A stretch of DNA of 64,000 bases, from contig JBFWNU010000003.1 in NCBI GenBank assembly GCA_050250895.1, forward strand, positions 299,292 to 363,291, given 5' to 3'. Shown in pieces: positions 14,165-22,796 of the stretch (within the stretch, counting starts at the first letter, position 1; the number at the start of each line of letters is the position of its first letter). The DNA comes from Vulcanimicrobiota bacterium. GTDB lineage: Bacteria; Vulcanimicrobiota; Xenobia; Xenobiales; JADMJV01. The translations under genes and the position numbers were made by a program. The notes under the pieces are model-generated. The model worked only from the letters and a program-made list of their open reading frames with translations, had not been told where the DNA came from and did not search any database.

Positions 14165-15093
14165 CTTGTCATCGTGCCTCTCTGAATGGTTGGTTGAGCG
14201 TCAGCGGCCGGAGTGGCCGGAACCTTGGCCGGACCGAGGGCCGGCTGACTGAAGACTCCATTGTAGTGGTCGGGGCCGTGGACCGAGTCAGGGTTGCCGC
14301 TTTGGGCCGCGTGGGGGTCGAGGATGATGACCAGCTTCGGGTTGCGAGTGGATTGCAGGGCGGCCATGTTGTGCTCGGTATTGCGCGTGCCGAGGGCCAC
14401 GATCAAACCGGTCGTTCCGCCGACCAGGGTGCCCAGGGGGCCACCCAGTGCGGTTCCGCCGGCGGCCATCTTGACGATGATGATGCCACCGATGGGGGCA
14501 CCGAAATAGGCTCCATACTGCCGTCCGGCTCCCGGGTCCCAGCTATAACTGTGGACTGTGAACGGATTGGAACCGCCGGTTTGAGGGCCGAGGACCTCGA
14601 GAGTCTTGTCGGACATGTCGGCACAACCGCGAGTGAACGTATCGCCGCTGAAGCTGTTGAAGAAGTTGCGCAGGCCTCCGGGAGCTCCGTCGAAGACGCG
14701 GGGATTGGCCTTGACGTAGCCGTTGATGCCGTTCTGGTATTTGGTCAGCAGGTCGCCCAGGTTGCCCAGTTCGGAAGGGGTCAGCTGGTTAAGCACGTTG
14801 TTCAGGGCGGGGTCGTTGTTGGCCTGGTTGGCAAGAGCTGCGATGGGCGAATCAGGGTGGTCTTTCACCCAATTGCTGAAGTCCCCAACCGACTCTTCAT
14901 CGGCCGAGGCTCCGGGTTGGTCGGGAGTGTCGGGGTCGACCCGGCCTGGGTCAAGCGACGGCGGGGCCGAGATGCCGGTAGGCGTGGTGGTCGAGCTGCC
15001 CGGTGGACAGGTGCAGTTCGGGGGTTGGGCCCAGGCGATACCCAAGACTAGAATGAGTAGGCAGAGGGTCCATCGTCTGATCAGGTTTTGCAT
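14161..15093 (-). CDS. Secreted protein with candidate Cys-His-Asp (papain/transglutaminase-like) triad and glycine zipper
   Basis: GGAGGT RBS, signal peptide, RGCADMS...EHNMAAL...IILDPH. Confidence 0.65.
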   Translation of the reverse strand: MQNLIRRWTLCLLILVLGIAWAQPPNCTCPPGSSTTTPTGISAPPSLDPGRVDPDTPDQPGASADEESVGDFSNWVKDHPDSPIAALANQANNDPALNNVLNQLTPSELGNLGDLLTKYQNGINGYVKANPRVFDGAPGGLRNFFNSFSGDTFTRGCADMSDKTLEVLGPQTGGSNPFTVHSYSWDPGAGRQYGAYFGAPIGGIIIVKMAAGGTALGGPLGTLVGGTTGLIVALGTRNTEHNMAALQSTRNPKLVIILDPHAAQSGNPDSVHGPDHYNGVFSQPALGPAKVPATPAADAQPTIQRGTMTR

Positions 15094-15192
15094 GGCTACC
15101 TCCAATGCTCCCACCTAATCTGTAGCAGAATTTGAGCGGAGGGAGTATGTCCGCGATCATTTCCAAGCCGGATTTTGGGGGGCACGGCCGCT

Positions 15193-16731
15193 TTACCCGG
15201 CCGCGTTTCGCGGTAGCCTGGCCGGGCGATAGCCGTTGGTGACCGGCATCAGGCGGCCGCCGCCGAAGGCGGTAACCGAAACCTTGAGCACGATCGGGCC
15301 CTGGCGGCGCTTGAGCTGATGGCGCTCGAGGCCCGGGTCGACGCGCCGCTCGGCGATGGTTGCCTCGATCCGCGGGGCCACCCGCGCGTAGTCGAAAGGG
15401 TCGACCTGCTCGGGCCGCAGTTCGGCGCTGGGAGGTCGCTCCAGGATGAAGTCGGGAATCACGGTGCGACGGGCCAGTTGATAGACCTGGGGCTTGGTGA
15501 GGTCACCCAGGGGGCTCAAGGTGCCGGCCAGGTCGCCATAAAGAGTGCCATAGCCCAGGCTCAACTCGGTCTTGTTGCTGGTGTTGAGCAGGGTACCTCC
15601 GAAGCGGTTGACATAAGCCATAAGAATGACCATGCGCAGGCGGGCCTGAACGTTCTCGGCTCCGGTGCCCTCGAGCAAGCCGTCGAGGCTGGCCTCGGCC
15701 GCCGCGTGCAGCGGCTCGAGCGATCGGACCTCGAATTTGATGCCGAGCCGGCGTGCGAGTTCGGCGGCCGATTCGGTCGAACGCGGGTCGTTGTGGCGCG
15801 ATGGCAGGGCCACGGCCAGGACTCGCTCGGGTCCCACTGCGTCGGCAGCCAGGCAGGCGACCAGGGCCGAGTCGATCCCGCCCGACAGGCCCAGCACAGC
15901 GTAGTAGAGGCGATTCTTGTCAAGAAAGTCGCGCACTCCCAACTTGAGCGCCTGCCAGGTTCGGGCCTCCCAGCTGGGCTCGGGAAGGAGGCAGCAGGAG
16001 CCGGGTGTGACGATCGTAATACACTCGTCGAATTGGTCCACCTGGTGCAGACTACCAGCCTGGTGGCAGAAGCTGCCTCCGTCAAAGATCAGCTCGTCTT
16101 GACCTCCCACTGCGTTGACGTAGATCAGCGGCAACTTCTGACGGGCCGCCATTTCTAGCCGCCGCTGCTCGATACCCTGGCGATAGGGCGAGGCCGAGAG
16201 ACAGACCAGGATCTCGGCTCCGGCGCGGGTCAGTTCGGCTCCGGGGTGGATGGTGTAACTCTCATCCCAGAGGTCTTCGCAGAGCAAGATTCCCAGGCGT
16301 TTTCCAGCCACCTCGACCGGAGTGGTGGGAGGCCCCGGCTCGAACCAGCGAGGCTCATGGAAGACATCATAGCAGGGGAGTATCTGCTTGGCCCGGCGGG
16401 CCAGGATGTGGCCACCCTCGGCCACCACGGCCTGGTTGTAGAGGCCGGGCGAGTTGGGTCGAGCAAAGTCGGCCCGACCCAGGCTGCCCAAGATCATGGC
16501 CGGCCCTCCGGCCGTGGCCTCGGCCAGTTCGTGGTTGATGGCCTCGACGCGGGTCACCAGGGCGCTGTCGTAAACCAGGTCCAGCGGGGGGTAGCCGGTC
16601 ACGATCATTTCGGGAAAGACCACCAGTTCCGCGCGACGTTCGGCAGCGTAGGCATAGGCCGCCAGTATGCGGGCGCGATTGCCCTCCAGGTCGCCTACAC
16701 GGCTATTAATCTGGGCGATGGCGATACGCAT
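15193..16731 (-). CDS. nadE: Glutamine-dependent NAD+ synthetase
   Basis: Nitrilase domain (FPEM, K, LCEDLW) plus SGGIDS, NVQARLR, NKTE, GYGTLYGD, PSAEL. Confidence 0.95.
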   Translation of the reverse strand: MRIAIAQINSRVGDLEGNRARILAAYAYAAERRAELVVFPEMIVTGYPPLDLVYDSALVTRVEAINHELAEATAGGPAMILGSLGRADFARPNSPGLYNQAVVAEGGHILARRAKQILPCYDVFHEPRWFEPGPPTTPVEVAGKRLGILLCEDLWDESYTIHPGAELTRAGAEILVCLSASPYRQGIEQRRLEMAARQKLPLIYVNAVGGQDELIFDGGSFCHQAGSLHQVDQFDECITIVTPGSCCLLPEPSWEARTWQALKLGVRDFLDKNRLYYAVLGLSGGIDSALVACLAADAVGPERVLAVALPSRHNDPRSTESAAELARRLGIKFEVRSLEPLHAAAEASLDGLLEGTGAENVQARLRMVILMAYVNRFGGTLLNTSNKTELSLGYGTLYGDLAGTLSPLGDLTKPQVYQLARRTVIPDFILERPPSAELRPEQVDPFDYARVAPRIEATIAERRVDPGLERHQLKRRQGPIVLKVSVTAFGGGRLMPVTNGYRPARLPRNAAG

Positions 16732-17624
16732 GGGAGGACCTCCTTGGCCACTTCTTCCAGCAGGTTGAGGGCGGCCAGCACCGTGTCTCGGCGCAGGCAA
16801 ACCTCGTCCCCGAGCATGAAGGTTCGATAGCCCAGCCCGATCAGATAAGCGGCGTCGCTGATATCGGCCGCGCTGGGCACGAGGTCGCTGGCCAGCGAGC
16901 CAAACAGGCGGCTGGCCACGATGGCGGTCGGGTCGGCCTCGATGACGGTTTTGAGGGCGGCCAGAATCCGGTGGGGCCGCATCACCTCGACAAAGAGATC
17001 GCCGCGGGCGGCCATCAGGCGCCCGTGGCCGGCACCCTCGCGGCGGGCCAGTTCAAGACCGGCCAGGCTCTCGATCTTGAGCACCACCTCGGCCTCGGGC
17101 AAGCGCCCTCGCACGGCCGCCACGTCCTGGCCAGACTGGGCGAAGCTAAGCATCACCCGCCGCAGTCCTAGTTCGCGCATAGCAGCCAGATAGCTCTCGT
17201 CGGTCGGGGTGAGCAGCCCCTCGACTTCAAGACTGGGGTCGACAAGGTTGACCGACTCGCCCGGACCGACCAGTCGCCGTGGGCCATCGGCCAGGATGAG
17301 CCGGTCGCCATCCACCGCCACCACTCTGGCTCGCTCGCGACCATCGTTGAAGTAGGCGTCGCAGGGCGTGTTCACCTGCAGGCGATGGCTGACCCTCACT
17401 TCGGTGAAAGGCGGAACGGCCGCTCCCACCACCCGCAACTGGCGCGCTTTGAGATCGACCCACAGTGGTTGCCCAAACCCCGCCAACCGCTCGAGCACGG
17501 GAGCGGGCGGCCCGGCCAGCGGCATGACCGTGTTCAGGCGCAAACCGCCGACCAGGGGATGGGCGGCCACTTCCGCCACGAAGTCGGCATAAGGCGGCAC
17601 GGTGACGATGGCCGAGAGATTCAT
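16695..17624 (-). CDS. Pyruvate-kinase-like barrel protein lacking the C-terminal domain
   Basis: RLN, DLK, LSF, KIE, MAARGDLFVE and PSAADISD motifs in about 309 aa; TGATG coupling to the vWA gene. Confidence 0.85.
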   Translation of the reverse strand: MNLSAIVTVPPYADFVAEVAAHPLVGGLRLNTVMPLAGPPAPVLERLAGFGQPLWVDLKARQLRVVGAAVPPFTEVRVSHRLQVNTPCDAYFNDGRERARVVAVDGDRLILADGPRRLVGPGESVNLVDPSLEVEGLLTPTDESYLAAMRELGLRRVMLSFAQSGQDVAAVRGRLPEAEVVLKIESLAGLELARREGAGHGRLMAARGDLFVEVMRPHRILAALKTVIEADPTAIVASRLFGSLASDLVPSAADISDAAYLIGLGYRTFMLGDEVCLRRDTVLAALNLLEEVAKEVLPCVSPSPRLIAV

Positions 17625-18523
17625 CAGGCTGTCCGTCCGGTGTCGCGCATGACGCGGGTGATGCGGCGCTCGATCTTGGCGATGGCCGCCTCTTCCTGGC
17701 GGGCCGACATGTTGACCTTGAAGTCGCCGAAGTGTCCCCAATGGCGAGCGATCAGGCCCATCGCATAGTCGACCGCCCGGGGCTCGTCGTGAATCTGGAT
17801 AATCTTTTGCTCACCCACGGCCTGGCTCCACTGCTTGTCGACCTTGTCGCCTTTGCGACCGGCTCGGCGCAAGAACCAGGTGTCCCAGGTGCGGGCCACC
17901 TGTTGCCATGTCTTGATCGAGTCCTGGTTCTGAGACTCGCGAGCACCCAGGATGTCGGTCAACTCGCTGGCCTTGATCTTGGCATGCATGGTGGCGTCAC
18001 CAAAGACGATGAGGAAAGGCTTCTCGCCGGTCTTCTTGATGCTCACATGGTTGGCCAGCCACCAGGCGAAGAGGCCGTAGCTCTCGGGCTCGTCGCCGCC
18101 GCCGCCTTCGCCGTAGAGCGACTTGAGTTCGGTTTCTAGGGCGAAGCCTTTGGCAAAGCGGGTTACCTGCAAAGGCCAGCGGTCGCAGTGAGCGTCACCG
18201 ATGGCGGCAAAGCAGATCTCGAGGTCGGGTCGATACTGAGAGAGGGTGTTGTAGACCAGCGGTAGGCGGTCAAAAATCTCGGCCGGCCACCCGGCCATCG
18301 AGCCGGTGACATCGACGGCGATGACCAGCGGAGTCTTGGTCTTCGGAGCCAGATGCTTCTTGGGGTCGATGAGGCTCTCGTCAGGTCCCCGGTGGTTGTA
18401 AGTACGCGGGCCGCGCGAAGCAGCTTCGCGGGCGTCTTTGGCGCGCTCGGCCTTGCGAGCGGAGTCGAATCGATAGGCGCCCGGTCGGGCCCAGTCTTCC
18501 ATAGAATCTCCCCAAGAATACAT
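17624..18523 (-). CDS. vWA (MIDAS) domain protein
   Basis: IAVDVTGSM MIDAS, EGGGGDEPESY, FLIVFGD; AGGAGG RBS. Confidence 0.88.
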   Translation of the reverse strand: MYSWGDSMEDWARPGAYRFDSARKAERAKDAREAASRGPRTYNHRGPDESLIDPKKHLAPKTKTPLVIAVDVTGSMAGWPAEIFDRLPLVYNTLSQYRPDLEICFAAIGDAHCDRWPLQVTRFAKGFALETELKSLYGEGGGGDEPESYGLFAWWLANHVSIKKTGEKPFLIVFGDATMHAKIKASELTDILGARESQNQDSIKTWQQVARTWDTWFLRRAGRKGDKVDKQWSQAVGEQKIIQIHDEPRAVDYAMGLIARHWGHFGDFKVNMSARQEEAAIAKIERRITRVMRDTGRTA

Positions 18524-18533
18524 GGTAGCCTCC

Positions 18534-18554
18534 TAGGTGTAGTGTCTACACTTA
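18534..18554. promoter_or_regulatory. NrtR-type operator 1
   Basis: TAG-GTGT-AGTGTCT-ACAC-TTA, a 21-bp palindrome with GT-N7-AC core. Confidence 0.75.
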
Positions 18555-18556
18555 AT

Positions 18557-18579
18557 AATAGTGTATAGCAAACACTATT
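18557..18579. promoter_or_regulatory. NrtR-type operator 2
   Basis: AATAGTGT-ATAGCAA-ACACTATT, perfect 8-bp arms with GT-N7-AC core; overlaps the kinase stop codon. Confidence 0.8.
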
Positions 18580-19300
18580 TCAAGAGGTGGCGTTCAAAAA
18601 TCTTGAGGGGGTCGTCTTTGTCCCAGCGGGGACGGCGTTCTGGCTCCTTTCGGCTGAGACTGACCAAAAGCGCAAGCAGCGGCTCGGGCACGCCCTCGGG
18701 GAGGATGCGCCGCTCGATGTCACCACCCATGGCATAAAGAAGCGAGACGGCCAGCGAGTAGAGGTCGGACTCAGGTAGGGGAGGCGCGCCGGCGGCCACC
18801 TCGGGAGCCACGAACAGGGGCGTGAAGCCGGCCGCGCTCGAGCCCCGGCGCGGCTTGACGGTGGAGACTCCGAAGTCGACCAGGACCACCCCATGCCGGT
18901 CGGGCTCGAGGAGGATGTTCTCGGGCTTGATGTCGTTGTGCACGATACCCCGATGGTGCAGCAGCCGCAGGGCTCGCAGCAGCCGCCCCAGGACCTGCAC
19001 GGCCACGGCCGAATCGATGGGGAGCATGGCTTCCAGGGTGGCTCCTTCGACGAATCGCATGACCAGTGCCAGTCGGCCGTCATCGAGGCGAAACACCTCG
19101 CGCAAAGTAGGCAAGCTAGGATGGTGCAGGTCCCAGAGTATTCTGGCTTCGGCCAGAAACAGGTCGCTGTGGGCGGTCGTGTTGGCCACCTTGATGCAGG
19201 CGCGGGTCTTGAGCAACCGATGGACGGCCTCATAGGTGGTAGCAAATCCGCCCGCTCCCAGCTCGCGCACCAGGTCATAGTTGCCGAGCTTCGCTAGCAC
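18575..19300 (-). CDS. Stand-alone Hanks-type Ser/Thr protein kinase
   Basis: LGAGGFATTY, HNDIKPEN, DFG, APE, SDLYSL; catalytic domain only; non-RD. Confidence 0.93.
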   Translation of the reverse strand: MLAKLGNYDLVRELGAGGFATTYEAVHRLLKTRACIKVANTTAHSDLFLAEARILWDLHHPSLPTLREVFRLDDGRLALVMRFVEGATLEAMLPIDSAVAVQVLGRLLRALRLLHHRGIVHNDIKPENILLEPDRHGVVLVDFGVSTVKPRRGSSAAGFTPLFVAPEVAAGAPPLPESDLYSLAVSLLYAMGGDIERRILPEGVPEPLLALLVSLSRKEPERRPRWDKDDPLKIFERHLLK

Positions 19301-19818
19301 CCGAACTGCTCGCGATAGCGCCGGTCGAGACCGTTGTCGGTGAGATACTTTTCAATGCAACCGGGAACCAGATGCTGCCATGGCTCGCCAAGGAGCATGG
19401 CTTGGCGGACCATGGTGGCGTTGATGGGTTGGCGCTGCTCCTCGGGCACCAGATGGACCGGGTGAACCACCTGATAGTCCTCCAGCAGCAGGCTGCGCAC
19501 GTAGCCGTTGGCGGTGATGAACAGATCGAGGGGACCGAGCCGCTCCACCACCATCTGGCGCCAGCGTGGCCCGTGGCCAAGATCGGGAAACTCCTCCACC
19601 TCGAAGTCGTGACCGGCTAGCACGAGCTCGAGCATGCGCCTGGTTTCGGCCACCGTGAAAGGGTTGTCGCGGTCGTAGCGATTGCTGCTGCCGATGCCGA
19701 TGACCACCTGGTCGGCGTAGTCGACCAGGGCCTGCAAGACAGCCTGATGGCCGAGGTGGACGGGCTTCCAGCGGGCGATCATGGCTAACCGCCCCACGTG
19801 GGCCGGAAGAATGTTCAT
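19294..19818 (-). CDS. nadM: NMN/NaMN adenylyltransferase, NadM-like
   Basis: RWKPVHLGH (HxGH), IGIGSS, NPFT, INATMVR, WQHLVP. Confidence 0.85.
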   Translation of the reverse strand: MNILPAHVGRLAMIARWKPVHLGHQAVLQALVDYADQVVIGIGSSNRYDRDNPFTVAETRRMLELVLAGHDFEVEEFPDLGHGPRWRQMVVERLGPLDLFITANGYVRSLLLEDYQVVHPVHLVPEEQRQPINATMVRQAMLLGEPWQHLVPGCIEKYLTDNGLDRRYREQFGC

Positions 19819-19821
19819 TGG

Positions 19822-20181
19822 CTACTTGTGGGCCTGGATGGTGACCTCGAAGTTGGCCTCACGCTCGGCCGTCAACACCACCGTATAGGTGCCCGCGCGC
19901 AGTGGCTTGAGCAGCAGTTTGCGATAGCCGTAGGGGTCGAGGCGGCCGCTGCCGGCCAGGTTGCCGTCGGGGTCGGTGACCTCGAAGTTGGCCGACTTTT
20001 GCGAACTTCTGAAATAGACCCACAGCTCTTGCCCAGGCGCGCCTTCGACCACGAAGACCTGCATCGACCCCGGCACCAGATGGCCCGTGAACGTGCCCCC
20101 GTCAGCCGGCACCGTGGTCGCCGTCTGGGCCATCGCGGCCAGGCTCAGTAGTAAGGATAGCAAAGTGAGTTGAAGTCGCAT
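19822..20181 (-). CDS. Small secreted PPC-like beta-sandwich protein
   Basis: Signal peptide MRLQLTLLSLLLSLAAMA; VTDPDGN...AGTYTVVL. Confidence 0.7.
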   Translation of the reverse strand: MRLQLTLLSLLLSLAAMAQTATTVPADGGTFTGHLVPGSMQVFVVEGAPGQELWVYFRSSQKSANFEVTDPDGNLAGSGRLDPYGYRKLLLKPLRAGTYTVVLTAEREANFEVTIQAHK

Positions 20182-20511
20182 GTTCGTGTCCTCTCGCCAG
20201 TAGTTTCCCACCGATGCGCCCGCCAACCTGCACTTGCCGACGACCGGTCGCGGGTCGTGGCTCACCGGTTGCCTGCCCACACTTCCGCGCGGAAGTCAGG
20301 ATGCGTTTCGAGGACTGGCGCGTTTGTGTCCTGGAAGTCTTGGACTGCAATCGCAAGCGATGGTCCTTCTGGCTCGTTCGAGCGGAGGCTGTGCAGGCAT
20401 TGGTCGGGGGGGTCTGGCGCGGTCTACTGCGGCTGTCGACCCAGTTTCTTGTCCGTCCTCAGGCCCGTGGAGCCGTTCTATCGGTGCCATGGCCCAAAAA
20501 GAACCCTAGTT

Positions 20512-22095
20512 TCATGACGCTTCGCTGACCACCCCGTAGGCCCTCATGGAATGTAACCACCAGCGATCCCGCAAGAGCAACGAGAGCGCACAACCAACCC
20601 AGTGATGCCCTAACTCGTCGAAGCGACGGGGTGCATACTCGCTGTGTAGTCTCGCATTCATCCACCCGTCCTCACCTCGCCAGGTCTTCGAATAGTCGCT
20701 GAATGAACTTGACACGCACCCCTCAGCTATGCCTACTTGCAGCTCCTCTGGGGAGCGAACAGGAACCATCCGGAGTGGCACCACATCAGCAGCGTCAAAT
20801 TCACGAACCGCAGCATCATAGAGGGAACGGAAACCCAATAAGGAGCAGCTATCAAGGATGGCTGCTGCCAGGACACTGTGGCTGGACTTCTCAATGCCAT
20901 GATACTCGACGCTGGCTCCAATTGACCGCCACATCAGATCTGTCGCGCTGGCGCGAACAGCAGACAGACCAAGACCATCGTCATCGTACGCGGTCCGAAT
21001 CCAGTCCACGACTGCCTCCAGCCAGGGCTCAATCCCTGTAATACCGAGCTCGTGACTCGCCAGGGCCACCACTAGAACCGTAGGCGCAAAGTCGTCAGAG
21101 ATCGGTCGCGACACGGTAGGGAGGCCCAGCAGATAATTAAGAAACTCCCCAATCACGGCTCGTTCATCAGCAGTCCATAATCCGTTGCAGAGGGTCGACA
21201 ATGCGAGAACTTCGGCCATGTACAACAGCCTCGAACCCGCGGTGACGACCTCTAAGCAAGATAGGTCGCAAACGGCATACTTCCGCATCTCCGGTGAAAC
21301 ACCGGTCCACCACTGCACCACAGGTCGAGCCAGGTGGCTGAGTTCTTGCTTCAGGAGAGCGAACATGAGTTCTGTATCCCCGCTGTCCAGACCATGTTCC
21401 TGCTGGGCCACGACAGCCCGTACGAGGCCATAGAAGAGCCTAATCGCGTGAAGATACAGTTGACGACGGATCAAGTGGTCGCGCATCAGCGAGTATTCTA
21501 GCGTGCTCAACCAGATGTTGTTGGAGCCGTCGCCAAGCCACTCCCGGGAGAAGACCTCAAGCTCGCTCAACCCGGTTTCCCCGGAACTGCACCGACTCAG
21601 CAGGTTGCCAAGAGTCGCCCAATCAGAATAACCCCCGAGGCAGGTTTCTGCCGTTAGATACTCCAGGAGGTTCTCCCGAGACCAGAAGGACAGATCCGGT
21701 AGGTTTCTTCGAGCGAGGGAATCCCGGTAACCTTGAGCAGTCACCGCCGCTTGACCCTTGAACCTTCCTGTGAAAACGGCCACGGCCTGCTTGCTCAGGT
21801 TGACGTCGATGTTCGGGTGACCGATGGTCACAGTCAACATCTCCTCACACTGAGGTTGGAGTTCCTGCCGCCAGACGGTTGTTCCGACATCTCCCAGTTT
21901 GCTCTGGAAGAGGTATTGAACGGTCTCACCTTCGTCTTCCCGTTTAGCGATGAAATCCTTACCGAATTCATACCGGCCATGAGTGAACTGAATGTCGTAA
22001 AATCCCTGGGAGCGAAGCATTGCCAAAAAGGGAACATCGAATTCTCGCTCGGTTCCGAGTTGGTCCAGGAATTCGCTAACGGCGCTTTCGAGCAC
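20512..22095 (-). CDS. Protein with N-terminal Mrr-like PD-(D/E)xK nuclease domain and helical C-terminus
   Basis: EREF...HGRYEFGKDFIAKR...LFQSK; visibly lower GC than the flanks. Confidence 0.75.
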   Translation of the reverse strand: MLESAVSEFLDQLGTEREFDVPFLAMLRSQGFYDIQFTHGRYEFGKDFIAKREDEGETVQYLFQSKLGDVGTTVWRQELQPQCEEMLTVTIGHPNIDVNLSKQAVAVFTGRFKGQAAVTAQGYRDSLARRNLPDLSFWSRENLLEYLTAETCLGGYSDWATLGNLLSRCSSGETGLSELEVFSREWLGDGSNNIWLSTLEYSLMRDHLIRRQLYLHAIRLFYGLVRAVVAQQEHGLDSGDTELMFALLKQELSHLARPVVQWWTGVSPEMRKYAVCDLSCLEVVTAGSRLLYMAEVLALSTLCNGLWTADERAVIGEFLNYLLGLPTVSRPISDDFAPTVLVVALASHELGITGIEPWLEAVVDWIRTAYDDDGLGLSAVRASATDLMWRSIGASVEYHGIEKSSHSVLAAAILDSCSLLGFRSLYDAAVREFDAADVVPLRMVPVRSPEELQVGIAEGCVSSSFSDYSKTWRGEDGWMNARLHSEYAPRRFDELGHHWVGCALSLLLRDRWWLHSMRAYGVVSEAS

Positions 22096-22738
22096 GCCAT
22101 TCCTCCCATTTTCTCTCGATGATTGCCTCTAGACGCTCCTGCTGCTCGGGCGTCAGCGGAGGCAGTGGCTCGTCAATCCCGGGCCCGATGAGATGCAACT
22201 CAGTCTTGATTGTTCCATTCTCGTGGAAGTCGATCCGAAGGCCATCCAACATGTCCAGGACCATCTCGTTGTCCAGTGGCCGTCCACCCTCAACAACCTG
22301 GCCGGTGGCCGTACAAGTCTCCTTCATGACCTCCATGACGTGGCGCTCGAGTGCCCTCGCGTTCTCTTCGGCCTGCGAACCGATCTGGACCGCAAAGGTG
22401 TCGTGATTCCCGGCTAACACGTCGTCGTTGGTGACGTTTAGGTCCCATCCAATCGCGACCGTCCCCGTCGCACTTTCCGATGTCTTGCCGGGCAGAACGT
22501 TCCTGATGAGCTGGTCCCGCTCCACGAATTGGATGTGCTTGAGAAGACTCGAGCTCTCCCTCTTGACAATCCTCATCATTTGGGAAACCGTGTCGTGGCC
22601 TGCTCGCTCATAGTCCGGCAATCGAAAATTTCGCACGAAATGCTGGGCTGGAAGCGATATCACGGCTTGCGGACAGCACTCGCACTCGGCATTTGTAAGG
22701 GAAGCATCCGTGGCTCTATATGAGGATGGCGACGACAT
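22076..22738 (-). CDS. Hypothetical protein coupled to the nuclease gene (start may be internal)
   Basis: 20-bp overlap with the downstream gene; 220-aa ORF in the low-GC island. Confidence 0.7.
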   Translation of the reverse strand: MSSPSSYRATDASLTNAECECCPQAVISLPAQHFVRNFRLPDYERAGHDTVSQMMRIVKRESSSLLKHIQFVERDQLIRNVLPGKTSESATGTVAIGWDLNVTNDDVLAGNHDTFAVQIGSQAEENARALERHVMEVMKETCTATGQVVEGGRPLDNEMVLDMLDGLRIDFHENGTIKTELHLIGPGIDEPLPPLTPEQQERLEAIIERKWEEWRARKRR

Positions 22739-22796
22739 GTTCTTGAGACTTATTCACTGACTCCCAAAGGGATTCCCCTCGAACAGTTGTCCGGGG

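Noticed and set aside
17624-19300. TerY-P triad call for the vWA plus kinase pair
   Set aside because: No PP2C phosphatase, the kinase has no C-terminal extension, and the context is NAD synthesis
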